DNA of 45,704 nucleotides from Burkholderiales bacterium (GCA_035627155.1 DASPMF010000173.1:1-45704); one strand, 5' to 3'; positions 26,062 to 36,396 are shown, numbered from the stretch's first letter. The notes: generated by a model not told the origin, from the letters alone. Program-made: numbers and translations.

Positions 26062-26385
26062 ATGTCGTTGATCCGGCGCGCGCTGCTGGCCTTCTTGTGC
26101 ATGACCCTTTCGGTCGGAGCGCCGCTTTCATCCGCCTCCACGGCATCGAACGCGCCCTGCGATTCCGCGATGTCCGCTGACATGACCAACATGCCGGACT
26201 GCGGTGGGTGTGGATCGTCCGGCGACACAACCTGCTCGGCTCATTGCAACGCAATGTCGTTCGCGCAACTTCTGACCGCCGCTGTTCCGGCTCGCGTCGA
26301 AGTTGCGGGTGTTGCGCCACAAGAAGGCTGTCCAGGAGCGTTCTGCTCTATCGCCGGTCCTCCGGGTCGGCAGCCTCCGAAGTAA
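26062..26385 (+). CDS. Small secreted Cys/Met-rich protein (candidate metal-binding)
   Basis: Signal peptide (LLAFLCMTLSVGAPLSSA). The mature part has 8 Cys and several Met (PCDSAMSADMTNMPDCGGCGSSGDTTCSAHCNAM ... GCPGAFC). Located directly upstream of cusC. Confidence 0.55.
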   Translation: MSLIRRALLAFLCMTLSVGAPLSSASTASNAPCDSAMSADMTNMPDCGGCGSSGDTTCSAHCNAMSFAQLLTAAVPARVEVAGVAPQEGCPGAFCSIAGPPGRQPPK

Positions 26386-26480
26386 CCCTCCCTCGGTAGC
26401 ACGGCCTGCAAGCCGGGGCGCATCGCGCCCGTCTGTCCGTTCGCTCGTGCGGACGAGTTCTACTGTATCGAAGGAAGGCT

Positions 26481-27731
26481 ATGAAGCACGTTCTGGTAGC
26501 AATGGCCGTCGCTATGGCGGCTGGCATCGGGGCGCGGGCTAACGCTCAAGCCCTATCTCTGGAAGAGGCCCTGCGCCTCGGCGAGAAGCAGTCCCCGAGA
26601 ATCGAAGCGCAACGCTTTGCTGTGACTTCGGCGCAGGAGCAGGTAGGGCGGGCCGGGGAGCTGCCCGATCCAAAACTCCGGTTCGGCATCGAAAACCTGC
26701 CGGTCACCGGAGCCGATCGCTTTCGGTACGACCGGGATTTCATGACGATGCGGACCGTTGGCATCTCACAGGAGCTACCGAACAGCGCAAAGCGCGCAGC
26801 CCGCGAGCTGCGAGCAGAACGCAGCCGCGATGTCGAGCGCGCGATGTTGGGGTCGCAGCGCGCGATGCTCCATCGGGACATCGCCACAGCATGGTTCGAG
26901 GCCTACTTCGCGGAGCGCGCGCGCGTGGTTTTGGAACGCCTCGTCGAGCAGCTCGCGGCGCAGGCTGATGCGGTGAACACCGGGGTCAGGCGCGGAACGC
27001 AATCAGCTACGGACGCCTTTATGTTGCGTGTAGCGGTCGAGCAAGCCCGAGACAGGGTGCTGGATCAAACCCGTTTGGCGTCGCGCGCCAGGATCGCGCT
27101 GGCTGCGTTCCTTCCGCGGGACGCGGAACGCCCGCTGGCTGATGCGCCGATGATCTCGCGCCTGCCTTATCCACGCGACGAGCTGCTTTCCCGCCTGCAT
27201 CATCATCCGCATCTCCGCGTCTACGACGTGCGGCAGGACCTTGCGCGGGCGGACGTGGAGGTAGCCCGTGCCGGCAGGCGCTCGGACTGGAGCGTCGAGG
27301 TGGGCTACGGGTATCGCCGTCCTGCCTTCGACAACATGCTGACCGTCATGCTCGCGGTTGATCTTCCCTGGCAGGCGGAAAGGCGACAGGACCGCGACAT
27401 TGCCTCGCGAGTGGCCGAAGCGGAAAAAGCTCGTGCCGAACGAGAGGACGCCCGGAGGATGCACGAGGCGGAGCTGCGGAGCTGGCTTGCAGACTATGAC
27501 GCAGCGACGGCCCGCATCGAGCGGTACCGCGCCACCGTCATTCCATTGACCCGTGACCGCACTGAGGCAGCGTTGTCCGCTTATCGGGGTGGGCGCGGTG
27601 AGCTGAACGCTGTACTGGATGCCCACCGTGCTGTCACCGACGCGGAGCTTGCGGTCATTGGATTGGAAGCGGAGCAGGCCAAGGCGTGGGCGAGCCTGAG
27701 TTTTCTCTACCCCCATGAGGGTCACCGATGA
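26481..27731 (+). CDS. cusC: TolC-family outer-membrane efflux protein (CusC/CzcC type)
   Basis: Signal peptide, then LSLEEALRLGEKQSPRIEAQR and a duplicated OEP repeat architecture. RBS GAAGGAAGG. Confidence 0.85.
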   Translation: MKHVLVAMAVAMAAGIGARANAQALSLEEALRLGEKQSPRIEAQRFAVTSAQEQVGRAGELPDPKLRFGIENLPVTGADRFRYDRDFMTMRTVGISQELPNSAKRAARELRAERSRDVERAMLGSQRAMLHRDIATAWFEAYFAERARVVLERLVEQLAAQADAVNTGVRRGTQSATDAFMLRVAVEQARDRVLDQTRLASRARIALAAFLPRDAERPLADAPMISRLPYPRDELLSRLHHHPHLRVYDVRQDLARADVEVARAGRRSDWSVEVGYGYRRPAFDNMLTVMLAVDLPWQAERRQDRDIASRVAEAEKARAEREDARRMHEAELRSWLADYDAATARIERYRATVIPLTRDRTEAALSAYRGGRGELNAVLDAHRAVTDAELAVIGLEAEQAKAWASLSFLYPHEGHR

Positions 27732-29218
27732 AACCCGCGATGGCGTTCACCATGTCGTTGGTGCTTGCTGTCGTGGCGGCGGCGGGCGGGTACTACTACG
27801 CGCGTCACGCTGGTCACCCGTCAGTGGATACAGCTCAAGCGGCCCCCGAGGCGGGTCGCAAGGTCCTCTACTGGTTTGACCCCATGTACCCGCAGCACCG
27901 CTTCGACAAGCCGGGGAAATCGCCCTTCATGGACATGCAGCTCGTCCCGAAGTATGCCGACGAAGCGGCGGAAGCAGGCACCATCACCATCAACCCGCAG
28001 ACAGTGCAGAACCTCGGAGTGCGGATGGCGGAGGGCGTAAGAGGCTCTCTGTCGCTGGCCTTCGATGCCGTTGGATCGGTCGCGTACAACGAGCGCGGTG
28101 TGGTGCAGCTCCAGGCTCGTTCGGCAGGGTTCGTGGAAAGGCTGCACGCCCGCGCGCCGCTCGATCCCGTAGCGAAGGGCGCACCGCTCGTCGAGCTGCT
28201 GTATGCCGACTGGGCGGGCGCCCAGGAGGAGTATCTCTTTCTTCGGCGGCAGCAGTCTCCCGAAATGACGCAGCTCGCCCTGGCCGCCCGGCAGCGCCTG
28301 CTTCTTCTCGGCATGACCGAGCGCGACATCGAGGCGGTCGAGCGGGAAGGTCGGACCAGAACCCGAACCACGATCACGTCGCCCATCTCCGGCGTGATCG
28401 CCGAGCTTGGCGTGCGGGAGGGGATGACGGTGACGCCCGGAGCGAGCCTCTTCCGCATCGTGGACCTCTCGACGGTATGGGTGAACGCGGAGCTGCCGGA
28501 GACGCAAGCAGGCTGGATACGCCCCGAGGCGCCGGTCGAAGCCCGAGTGGCCGCGTACCCCGGTGAAGTCTTCAAGGGAAAAGTGGGGGCGATCCTCCCG
28601 GAGGTGTCAGCGGCCACGCGCACCGTCCGCGCGCGAATCGAGCTTCGGAATCCGGGCGCGCGGCTCAAGCCGGGCATGTTCGCGAACCTGCGCTTTTCCG
28701 ATCAGAAGGGAAGGGACGCGATCCTCGTTCCGAGCGAGGCGGTGATACGTCGGGGGTCGGGCAACGTGGTGATCGTTCCGCTGGAGGAGGGAAAGTTCCG
28801 GGTCGCCGAAGTCCAGACCGGCGCGGAGGCCGCCGGGAAGACGGAGATAACGAAGGGTTTGCAGCCGGGCGACAAGGTCGTCGTCTCCGGGCAGTTCCTC
28901 ATTGACTCGGAGGCAAGCTTGTCCGGTGCTCTCTCTCGGCTCGAGAGTGCGGGCGCAAAGCCGGCGGCGCAATCGGGCCTGCATACGAGTCGCGGGGTGA
29001 TTACGGACATTGATCCGAACGCCGGTGAGGTTGAGCTTGACCATGACCCGATCCCGGCGCTCCAGTGGCCGCGCATGACGATGAGCTTCACCGTCGAGAA
29101 GCCGGAGTCGCTGCGGGGATTGAAGAAGGGCGACGCCGTGGAGTTCGACCTATCGGCGAAGCCTGCGCCCGACGGCAGCTACGTCATTCGCAGGATCGAG
29201 CCGCGAGGTGCGAAGTGA
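27728..29218 (+). CDS. cusB: RND efflux periplasmic adaptor (CusB type) with C-terminal CusF-like domain
   Basis: N-terminal [27 protein letters not shown], followed by an HlyD-type adaptor body. The last ~80 aa ([38 protein letters not shown]) are CusF-like. The start overlaps the cusC stop (ATGA). Confidence 0.85.
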   Translation: MKPAMAFTMSLVLAVVAAAGGYYYARHAGHPSVDTAQAAPEAGRKVLYWFDPMYPQHRFDKPGKSPFMDMQLVPKYADEAAEAGTITINPQTVQNLGVRMAEGVRGSLSLAFDAVGSVAYNERGVVQLQARSAGFVERLHARAPLDPVAKGAPLVELLYADWAGAQEEYLFLRRQQSPEMTQLALAARQRLLLLGMTERDIEAVEREGRTRTRTTITSPISGVIAELGVREGMTVTPGASLFRIVDLSTVWVNAELPETQAGWIRPEAPVEARVAAYPGEVFKGKVGAILPEVSAATRTVRARIELRNPGARLKPGMFANLRFSDQKGRDAILVPSEAVIRRGSGNVVIVPLEEGKFRVAEVQTGAEAAGKTEITKGLQPGDKVVVSGQFLIDSEASLSGALSRLESAGAKPAAQSGLHTSRGVITDIDPNAGEVELDHDPIPALQWPRMTMSFTVEKPESLRGLKKGDAVEFDLSAKPAPDGSYVIRRIEPRGAK

Positions 29219-32200
29219 TTGCCGCGCTCATACGCTGGTCCATTGCGAACCGATTCCTCGTGCTGTTCGCAGCGGTCGCACTGGCCGCGTGGGGTGTCGT
29301 GTCCGTGTTGCGGACGCCGCTCGACGCCATACCGGACCTCTCCGATACGCAGGTCATCATCCGTACCGCCTACGCCGGGCAGGCTCCACGCATCGTCGAA
29401 GATCAGGTGACTTACCCGCTGGCGACGACGATGATGTCGGTTCCCGGCGCGAAGACGGTACGGGGCTATTCGCTCTTCGGCGATTCGTTCGTATACGTCC
29501 TGTTCGAGGATGGAACGGACCCGTACTGGGCGCGTTCGCGGGTGCTCGAATACCTCAATCAAGTGCAATCCCGTCTGCCACCGGGAACGCAGCCCGCGCT
29601 CGGCCCGGATGCCACGGGCGTGGGTTGGATCTATCAGTACGCACTGGTGGACCGAAGCGGGAAGCAGGACCTCGGTCAGCTTCGCGCTCTCCAGGACTGG
29701 TTCCTCAAGTACGAGCTGAAAGCCGTCCCCGACGTCGCGGAGGTCGCTTCGATCGGCGGCATGGTCAGGCAGTACCAGATCGTCCTTTCGCCTGAACGCC
29801 TGCGCGCATACGGCATACCGCATGGGCGGGTGATCGAAGCTGTCCGGAACGCGAACCGGGAAACGGGCGGTTCCATAGTCGAGCTAGGGGAAGCTGAGTA
29901 CATGGTCCGCGCAAGCGGATACCTGAAGACACTCGACGACTTCGCTGCCATTCCGCTCATGACCACCGATGCGGGCACGCCGGTCATGCTCAAGGACGTG
30001 GCGCGGATACAGATAGGGCCGGAAATGCGGCGCGGCATCGCGGAGTTGAACGGGCAGGGCGAAGTCGTTGGGGCCGTCGTCGTCATGCGCCACGGTAGAA
30101 ACGCGCTCCAGACCATCGACGCCGTAAAGGCCAAGATGCAGACGCTCAAGGGCAGTCTTCCGGCAGGCGTCGAGGTCGTCGAGACGTATGACCGCTCGTC
30201 CTTGATCCAGCGGTCAATCCGGCATCTCGGCGAGAAGCTCGTGGAGGAGTTCGTAGTCGTGGCGCTCGTGTGCCTCGCGTTCCTTTTCCACATGAGGAGC
30301 GCCTTTGTTGCCATCGTCACGCTGCCGCTCGGCGTCCTTGCAGCTTTCATCGTGATGCACTACCAGGGCATCAATGCAAACATCCTGTCGCTCGGCGGTA
30401 TCGCCATCGCCATCGGCGCGATGGTGGATGCCGCGATTGTCATGGTGGAGAACGCTCACAAGAAGCTCGAAGGCGTGCAGGTAACTGCCAGCGAACGATG
30501 GAAGCTCATCGCCGATGCGGCGGTCGAGGTAGGTCCGGCGCTTTTCTTCTCTCTTCTCATCATCACGTTGTCGTTCGCGCCGGTGTTCGCCCTGCAAGCG
30601 CAGGAGGGGCGGCTGTTCTCGCCGCTCGCCTACACCAAGACATACGCGATGGCTGCCGCTGCCGGGCTGTCCGTGACGCTCGTGCCGGTCCTCATGGGCT
30701 ACCTGATCCGGGGGCGAATCCCGGAGGAGCGTCGCAATCCGATCAACAGATTCCTCATCGGGGCGTATCGTCCGCTCCTCGCGGCGGTCCTTCGGGCACC
30801 TTGGACGACATTGGTCGTTGCACTGGTAGTCGCCTCGTCGGCGTTCATCCCGATGCAGCGCCTTGGAACCGAGTTCCTCCCGGCGCTCGATGAAGGTGAT
30901 TTGCTGTACATGCCCTCCGCTCTGCCCGGCCTCTCGCCGGGGAAGGCGGCGCAGGTACTGCAGCAGACGGACAAGCTGATCGCTGCCGTGCCGGAAGTGC
31001 GGACCGTCTTCGGCAAGATCGGGCGCGCGGATAGCGCAACCGACCCGGCGCCGCTGGAGATGGTCGAGACAACCATCCAGCTCAAGCCGCGCAGCGAATG
31101 GCGGCCCGGCATGACGCCGGAAAAGCTCGTCGAGGAACTGGATCGGAATGTCCGACTGCCGGGATTGGCGAACCTCTGGGTTCCGCCGATCCGCAACCGG
31201 ATCGACATGCTCGCCACGGGGATCAAGAGTCCCGTTGGCATCAAGATCGCGGGCAACGATCTGGCCGAGATCGAGCAAGTCGCGCAGGACGTGGAGCGAG
31301 TGGTAAGGGACGTACCTGGCGTGTCCTCCGTGCTGGCCGAGCGCGTCCAAGGAGGGCGCTACATCGACATCAAGGTAGACCGGGCAGCGGCGGCCCGGTA
31401 TGCGATGAGCGTGTCCGAAGTGCAGTCGGTCGTCGCCTCGGCCATCGGCGGGGAAAATATCGGCGAAACCATCGAGGGCAGGCAGCGGTTCCCGATCAAC
31501 GTCCGCTACCCGAGGGACATGCGCGACTCCGTGGAGGACCTTCGCAACGTGCCCATAGTCACGCAGCGCGGAGCGCAGATTCCGCTGTCCGCCGTGGCTT
31601 CGGTGGCAGTCACGGATGGTCCACCGATGATCCGGTCCGAGAACGCGCGGCTCGCCGGATGGGTATACGTGGACATCCGCGGCCGCGACCTTGGATCAGT
31701 CGTGGCGGACGCCCAACATGCCGTAGCGGCGAACGTCAAGCTGCCTCCGGGGACCTCGGTGGGGTGGTCCGGCCAGTTCGAGTACCTGCAGCGGGCGACC
31801 GAAAGGCTGCGTGTCGTCGTGCCCTTCGTCCTGCTGGTGATCTTCCTCCTTCTATACCTGACGTTCCGACGCATGGACGAGGCACTGTTGATCATGGCGT
31901 CCCTGCCGCTCGCGGTTGTAGGGGGTTTCTGGTACGTCTATCTACTCGGACACCAGCTTTCGGTTGCGAGCGCCGTGGGCTTCATCGCCCTTGCCGGTCT
32001 GGCGGCGGAGTTCGGCGTGGTCATGCTGGTCTACCTGAAGCAGGCACTCGCGCGCCATGGGCCTCGTCAGCTCGTGGAGGCCATCGACGATGGCGCGGTG
32101 CGCCGCGTGCGACCGAAGGCAATGACGGTCGCCGTCATCCTGGCCGGTCTTGCACCCATCATGTGGTCCGATGGTGCAGGCAGCGAAGTCATGCAACGAA

Positions 32201-32328
32201 TCGCGGCTCCCATGATCGGAGGAATGGTCACGGCGCCGATCTTGTCGCTCTTTGTTATTCCGGCAGCGTACTACCTCATGGTGCGCCGTCGCGTCCGTCT
32301 GTCATCAACGAAAGGAGAAGTTCAATGA
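29215..32328 (+). CDS. cusA: Heavy-metal efflux RND pump, monovalent-cation (CusA) type
   Basis: [18 protein letters not shown]-terminus. The TM4 motif [19 protein letters not shown] is the CusA-type rather than the CzcA-type (DFG..DGA) motif. GTG 29215 overlaps the cusB stop. Confidence 0.9.
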   Translation: MIAALIRWSIANRFLVLFAAVALAAWGVVSVLRTPLDAIPDLSDTQVIIRTAYAGQAPRIVEDQVTYPLATTMMSVPGAKTVRGYSLFGDSFVYVLFEDGTDPYWARSRVLEYLNQVQSRLPPGTQPALGPDATGVGWIYQYALVDRSGKQDLGQLRALQDWFLKYELKAVPDVAEVASIGGMVRQYQIVLSPERLRAYGIPHGRVIEAVRNANRETGGSIVELGEAEYMVRASGYLKTLDDFAAIPLMTTDAGTPVMLKDVARIQIGPEMRRGIAELNGQGEVVGAVVVMRHGRNALQTIDAVKAKMQTLKGSLPAGVEVVETYDRSSLIQRSIRHLGEKLVEEFVVVALVCLAFLFHMRSAFVAIVTLPLGVLAAFIVMHYQGINANILSLGGIAIAIGAMVDAAIVMVENAHKKLEGVQVTASERWKLIADAAVEVGPALFFSLLIITLSFAPVFALQAQEGRLFSPLAYTKTYAMAAAAGLSVTLVPVLMGYLIRGRIPEERRNPINRFLIGAYRPLLAAVLRAPWTTLVVALVVASSAFIPMQRLGTEFLPALDEGDLLYMPSALPGLSPGKAAQVLQQTDKLIAAVPEVRTVFGKIGRADSATDPAPLEMVETTIQLKPRSEWRPGMTPEKLVEELDRNVRLPGLANLWVPPIRNRIDMLATGIKSPVGIKIAGNDLAEIEQVAQDVERVVRDVPGVSSVLAERVQGGRYIDIKVDRAAAARYAMSVSEVQSVVASAIGGENIGETIEGRQRFPINVRYPRDMRDSVEDLRNVPIVTQRGAQIPLSAVASVAVTDGPPMIRSENARLAGWVYVDIRGRDLGSVVADAQHAVAANVKLPPGTSVGWSGQFEYLQRATERLRVVVPFVLLVIFLLLYLTFRRMDEALLIMASLPLAVVGGFWYVYLLGHQLSVASAVGFIALAGLAAEFGVVMLVYLKQALARHGPRQLVEAIDDGAVRRVRPKAMTVAVILAGLAPIMWSDGAGSEVMQRIAAPMIGGMVTAPILSLFVIPAAYYLMVRRRVRLSSTKGEVQ

Positions 32329-32663
32329 ACCGCTTTGCTCTCGCCGTGGCCCTTGCGTTTGCCGCCAGCATGTCCTTCGCGCAGTCGGGTGGGATGCGGG
32401 GAATGGACATGAAGGGTTCCAAGTCCGACAAGAAGGCGGACGAAAAGGCTCATCAGGCCAAGGGCACGGTGTCCAAGGTAGACCCGCAGGCGGGGACTGT
32501 CACCATCAACCACGAACCCGTGGCGAGCATGAACTGGCCGCGCATGAACATGCGGTTCAAGGTGCAAGACAAATCGTTGCTCGGCAAAGCGAAGCAGGGG
32601 CAGCACATCGAGTTCACGTTCGTGCAGTCTGGAAAAGACTACGTCGTGACCGACATAAAGTAG
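32325..32663 (+). CDS. cusF: Periplasmic copper/silver chaperone CusF-like
   Basis: Signal peptide, then [36 protein letters not shown] with the His/Trp/Met/Met ligand pattern. The ATG overlaps the cusA stop (ATGA). Confidence 0.8.
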   Translation: MNRFALAVALAFAASMSFAQSGGMRGMDMKGSKSDKKADEKAHQAKGTVSKVDPQAGTVTINHEPVASMNWPRMNMRFKVQDKSLLGKAKQGQHIEFTFVQSGKDYVVTDIK

Positions 32664-32681
32664 GGCACTTCAAGTAGAGGC

Positions 32682-32716
32682 CCCCGTACCCGGGCTCCGC
32701 CTATCGGGGCGTTTTC
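32682..32716 (+). terminator. Weak candidate intrinsic terminator after cusF
   Basis: CCCCG ... CGGGG 5-bp stem with a long loop, followed by CGTTTTC. The structure is poor. Confidence 0.3.
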
Positions 32717-32737
32717 GGACCAAGGTCAGCGTGAAGA

Positions 32738-33106
32738 TGGTGGAGGCGGCGGGAATCGAACCCGCGTCCGTAAGCCCTTAACAGTCAGGACTACATGCTT
32801 AGCCTGGTCTTTTGAGCTTCGCCTCGAAAACGCCAACCGGCAGGCTTTTTCTCGGCTAGCCGCTTCGACGGATCTCCGGGCCTAAGCGGCCAAAGCCCGG
32901 AGAGAGGCTGATGTGAATGACGCTGCACTCCTTTTAGGGAGCCTGGCCCATCAGCAGACCAGTGCAGCGTCTAGCCGGTATTAGGCGGCTAGAGCGAAAC
33001 GCTCGTCGTTGGCGTTTGTGTGTTTCCAGACTGGATTTGCGAGGTGATCTGGTCCTCGGCATGCCCTGCGCTGCGTCGATGCCCACGTCGAAACCAGGTC
33101 GCCCCC
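32738..33106 (-). ncRNA. ssrA: tmRNA (SsrA), 369 nt
   Basis: On the minus strand the 5' end reads GGGGGCGACCTGGTTTCGACG and the 3' end reads GGACGCGGGTTCGATTCCCGCCGCCTCCACCA. The tag reading frame 33013..32981 is GCC AAC GAC GAG CGT TTC GCT CTA GCC GCC TAA, giving ANDERFALAA. Confidence 0.92.
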
Positions 33107-33175
33107 GGAGTCGTTGCTTGCGTCGAATGCTGACGCATTTTCTCATATGGGGCGTGCCGCGGGAAGTTCAATACC

Positions 33176-33181
33176 TATAAT
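33176..33181 (+). promoter_or_regulatory. Perfect TATAAT hexamer, candidate -10 for the cyclase operon
   Basis: Read directly, 24 nt upstream of ATG 33205. No convincing -35 element. Confidence 0.3.
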
Positions 33182-33204
33182 GCCCGCGGGGAGAAGCACG
33201 AGCG

Positions 33205-35043
33205 ATGAACAGCGGGGGGCTCGAGAAAGCGGGAATGGTGGCGGCATACGCCGCGCTGCTTGCGCTCGCGCTGGTCGTCGCGCATTTCCGCCTCGCGGCG
33301 CCGCTCGACCGCCTGATCAGCGACGCGCAGGTGCGCCACGCACGCGAGCACCATCCGCGGCCGGTGGCGAACGAAGTGGTCGTTGTCGGCCTCGACGAGG
33401 CCTTCCTGGATTCGGTGCGCGAGCCGATCGCGCTGCTTCATCCGCACATCGCCGCCTTCCTCGGCGCAATGCAGGCGGCGAAGCCGAGCGTCGTCGGCTT
33501 CGACATGATCCTGCCGAACCGCAGCTACCGCTACCTCACGGCCGCCGGCGGGGAGGAGAGCAACTTCGACCTCGTCCTGGTTCGAGCGCTCCTGCAGGCG
33601 AAGCAGCAGTTCCCGATCGTGCTCGGCAAGACGTACGACCCGGCCAACCAGAAGTTCCGCGACATCCTGGTCGACTTCGTGGCGGCGGCGCGGCCGCCGG
33701 CGAAGTTCGCGGCGCTCGACGGCGAGCTCGGCGACGCGCGCGCATCGGTCGTCGTCTGTCCGGATGAAGACGGCGTGGTGCGCCGCTACGCCGACCCGGC
33801 ATGCCAGCCCGGCGCCGAACGCTGGACGCTCCCGGCGAAGATGGCGGCCTTCAAGGGCAACGCGCAGCCGTGGTCGGGCTTCATCGACTATTCCATCGGC
33901 AACCCGTTCACCTACGTGCCGCTGCAGGACGTGCTGCGCTGGGCGCAGGCAAAGGACGAGGCGCGCCTCGCCGCGACGTTCCGCGACCGGCCGGTCCTCG
34001 TGGGCGCGATCCTGCCTTTCGAGGACCGCCACTGGGTGCCGGCAGAGCTCGCGGCGTGGGAACCCGGCGAGCGCTTCCTCCCGGGCGTGCTGATCCACGC
34101 GCAGGCGCTGCGCTCGATCATGGGAACCGGGCTCGCGCAGCCCGCGCCGCACTGGACGCTGCTCGCGGGCGCCGCGCTCTTCACGCTGCTTTTCTGGATC
34201 CGCAGGGGCTGGCTCGGCGTTTCGGTGCTCGGGCTCCTCGCGCTGGGCTTGCTCGCGCTGGGCGTGTTCCTCGTGCTGCATGGCGTGCTGCTCGCGGCCG
34301 GCGCGATGATCGCCGCCGGCGTCGCCGCGGTCGCGGCGCGCTTCGCGCTCGAGGCGCTGAAGGCGGCGCGGGAGAAGAATTTCCTCAAGAGCTCGTTTTC
34401 CGGCTACGTGAGCCCCCAGGTGCTGAAGGAAATCCTCGCCGGGCGGCTGCGGCCGGGACAGCAGGCGGGCCGCGCGCGCGCCTGCGTGCTCTTCGCCGAC
34501 ATCCGCGGGTTCACCGCCCGCAGCGAGTCCATGCCGCCGGAGGCGCTCGTCGGGTTGCTCAACCGTTATTTCGCGGCCATGAGCGAGGTGATCCACAAGC
34601 ATCGCGGCACCGTGGACAAGTTCATCGGCGACGGGATCATGGCGATCTTCGGCGCGCCGGAGCCGCTCGAGCGGCCCGAGAAGAACGCGCTCGAGGCCGC
34701 CCAGGAAATGCTCGAGCGCCTCGCGCAGCTCAACCGGGAGCTGGAATCCCGGCAGGAGACGCCGCTGCGCATCGGCATCGGCCTGCACAGCGGGGAGGTG
34801 GTCGTCGGCCACGTCGGTTCGAGCGAGCGCCACGAGTACACCGCCATCGGCGACGTGGTGAACGTCGCTTCCCGCATCGAGGGGCTGAACAAGGTGCTCG
34901 ACTGCAAGATCGTCGTCTCGGAGGCGGTGGCGAAGGCGCTCGGCTATCCGCAGGTCCTCGTCAACCTCGGGCAGCGGCCCATCGCCGGGCACTCGCAGCA
35001 GGTCGTGTTCGGCTGGAATCCCGCAGTGATCGAACCCGCATAG
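33205..35043 (+). CDS. CHASE2 sensor domain + class III adenylate/guanylate cyclase
   Basis: N-terminal TM segment, a ~300-aa extracytoplasmic region (VVVVGLDEAFLD...), and three TM helices. Cyclase core VLFADIRGFTARSE...GTVDKFIGDGIMAIFGAP...IGIGLHSGEVVVGHVG...YTAIGDVVNVASRIE. Confidence 0.9.
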   Translation: MNSGGLEKAGMVAAYAALLALALVVAHFRLAAPLDRLISDAQVRHAREHHPRPVANEVVVVGLDEAFLDSVREPIALLHPHIAAFLGAMQAAKPSVVGFDMILPNRSYRYLTAAGGEESNFDLVLVRALLQAKQQFPIVLGKTYDPANQKFRDILVDFVAAARPPAKFAALDGELGDARASVVVCPDEDGVVRRYADPACQPGAERWTLPAKMAAFKGNAQPWSGFIDYSIGNPFTYVPLQDVLRWAQAKDEARLAATFRDRPVLVGAILPFEDRHWVPAELAAWEPGERFLPGVLIHAQALRSIMGTGLAQPAPHWTLLAGAALFTLLFWIRRGWLGVSVLGLLALGLLALGVFLVLHGVLLAAGAMIAAGVAAVAARFALEALKAAREKNFLKSSFSGYVSPQVLKEILAGRLRPGQQAGRARACVLFADIRGFTARSESMPPEALVGLLNRYFAAMSEVIHKHRGTVDKFIGDGIMAIFGAPEPLERPEKNALEAAQEMLERLAQLNRELESRQETPLRIGIGLHSGEVVVGHVGSSERHEYTAIGDVVNVASRIEGLNKVLDCKIVVSEAVAKALGYPQVLVNLGQRPIAGHSQQVVFGWNPAVIEPA

Positions 35044-35053
35044 GGAGGTGCAA

Positions 35054-35641
35054 ATGAACCTCAGACGCTTTCTCGTCGTACTCGCGATCGTCGCCCTTCC
35101 CGCGACGGCGCAGGAGCCCCTCGGCATGGTGCTCGACGTGCAGGGCGCGGTCAGCGCCCCGGAAGCCGGCAAGGCAGCCAAGGTCGAGATGCTTTCCTAC
35201 CTGCGCCCGAACATGACCCTCGAGCTTTCGGCGGGGAGCGCGCTGACCGTAACCTGGTACGCGGACTCCCGGGAGCTTCGCTTCGCCGGTCCGGCGAGAT
35301 TGCGCGTGCTGAAGGATCGCATCCAGGTCGTGCAGGGCAGCGGCGCCGCCGAACGCGCGCTCGGCGAAGAGAAGGTCGCGGCGACGAAGTCCCCGCGGCT
35401 CGCGCAGGCGACGATCACGATGCGCTCGATGAGCGTCCCGCCGCCGCCCGGCGCCACGTCCGGACCGGCCCCGAAGGCGGAACGCCCGAAGCCGGCCGAA
35501 AGCGCGCCGCTCTCCGACTGGGTCCTCTACGCCTCGGCGCTGGAGGAAGCGGGCCTCAAGGCGGATGCGAAAGCGGTCTGGAAGAAGCTTGCCGCCGAGC
35601 GGCCGGGCGAGCCGCGCCTGAAGGCCCTCGCGGAGCGCTAG
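35054..35641 (+). CDS. Secreted hypothetical protein, FecR-like N-terminal beta domain plus Pro-rich linker
   Basis: Signal peptide FLVVLAIVALPATAQE. GMVLDVQGAVSAPEAGKAAKVEMLSYLRPNMTLELSAGSALTV resembles FecR-type domains, which often sit next to CHASE2 proteins. RBS GGGAGG. Confidence 0.55.
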   Translation: MNLRRFLVVLAIVALPATAQEPLGMVLDVQGAVSAPEAGKAAKVEMLSYLRPNMTLELSAGSALTVTWYADSRELRFAGPARLRVLKDRIQVVQGSGAAERALGEEKVAATKSPRLAQATITMRSMSVPPPPGATSGPAPKAERPKPAESAPLSDWVLYASALEEAGLKADAKAVWKKLAAERPGEPRLKALAER

Positions 35642-35646
35642 GCGCC

Positions 35647-36396
35647 TTGAGCTACCTCGCGCTCGCCCGCGACGTCTCGCTCAACCTGGGTGCGCTCGCG
35701 CGCCCGCCGGTGCGCGACGTGCTCGTTCGCCAGATCGAGCGCACGGGTGCGGCGACCCTGAGCGCCATGGTCCTGCGCGCAGCCGGCATCGGCACGCTGA
35801 TCATCGCGTACACCACCTACGTGCTTGCCGCCGACGCGGCGCTCGCGGTGCGCATTCTCGTCTGGGCGGTGCTGCGGGAAATCGGGCCGCTGTTCGCAGT
35901 CGTCATGCTCGTGTTGCGCAGCGGCTCTGCGGTCGCGGCGGAGTTCGCCCTGATGCGCGAGCGCGGCGAGCTGCAGCGCCTCGCCATGATGGGCATCGGC
36001 GTGCGCGACTACGTCGTCGTGCCGACGGTCGTGGCCATGGCGCTCTCGAACGTCGTGGTGACGTTCTATTTCCAGTTCCTCGCCGTGGGCGGCGGCATCC
36101 TGCTCAGCGCGCTCATGATGGACGTGTCGCTCGACGAGCTCACGGAGCATTTCTTCGCCTTGGCCAGCCTGTGGGACGTCGTGTACACGCTCGTCAAAAG
36201 CGCCGGGTTCGGCGTCCTGGTCGGGCTGGTCGTCTCCATGCACGGCCTCGGGCTCGGCGCGCGCAAGCCGGTGGCGCTGCCGGAGGCGGTATCGCGCTCC
36301 GTCATGCAGAGCCTGGTGGCGGTGATGGCCTTCAACGCGGTCTTCGCCTACCTCGTCTTCGGGGTGCTCCTCTTCGGCATCGTGAGGGCCCCATGA
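35647..36396 (+). CDS. MlaE-family ABC permease (second copy)
   Basis: REIGPLFAVVMLVLRSGSAVAAEFALMRERGELQRL parallels the MlaE core of 16727..17845. TTG start 5 nt after the previous stop. Confidence 0.8.
   Translation: MSYLALARDVSLNLGALARPPVRDVLVRQIERTGAATLSAMVLRAAGIGTLIIAYTTYVLAADAALAVRILVWAVLREIGPLFAVVMLVLRSGSAVAAEFALMRERGELQRLAMMGIGVRDYVVVPTVVAMALSNVVVTFYFQFLAVGGGILLSALMMDVSLDELTEHFFALASLWDVVYTLVKSAGFGVLVGLVVSMHGLGLGARKPVALPEAVSRSVMQSLVAVMAFNAVFAYLVFGVLLFGIVRAP

Larger units (their letters stand above)
25049..32737. other. Compositionally distinct copper/silver-resistance island abutting the 3' end of ssrA
   Basis: Hand counts of sampled 60-nt lines give roughly 55-65% GC inside the region and roughly 67-82% in both flanks. 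All genes lie on one strand and are functionally coherent. The region ends 74 bp from the tmRNA 3' end. Confidence 0.5.

Noticed and set aside
29065-29214. Extended start of cusA at 29065, and extended starts of several other track ORFs (1139, 8089, 9795, 18051, 21727, 22380, 31098, 36171, 37912).
   Set aside because: Each extension overlaps the 3' end of the preceding well-supported gene in another frame. In-frame ATG or GTG codons at the stop-overlap junctions give products with canonical N-termini.
32682-32716. A strong intrinsic terminator between cusF and ssrA.
   Set aside because: There is only a 5-bp CCCCG/CGGGG stem with an 18-nt loop and a 4-T run. I listed it at low confidence only.
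33175-35181. 668-aa ORF antisense to the CHASE2 cyclase, plus the 418-aa ORF 33801..35057 (+).
   Set aside because: The cyclase frame carries clear CHASE2, TM and class III cyclase motifs. The alternatives are Arg/Gly/Ala-rich with no domain signatures.
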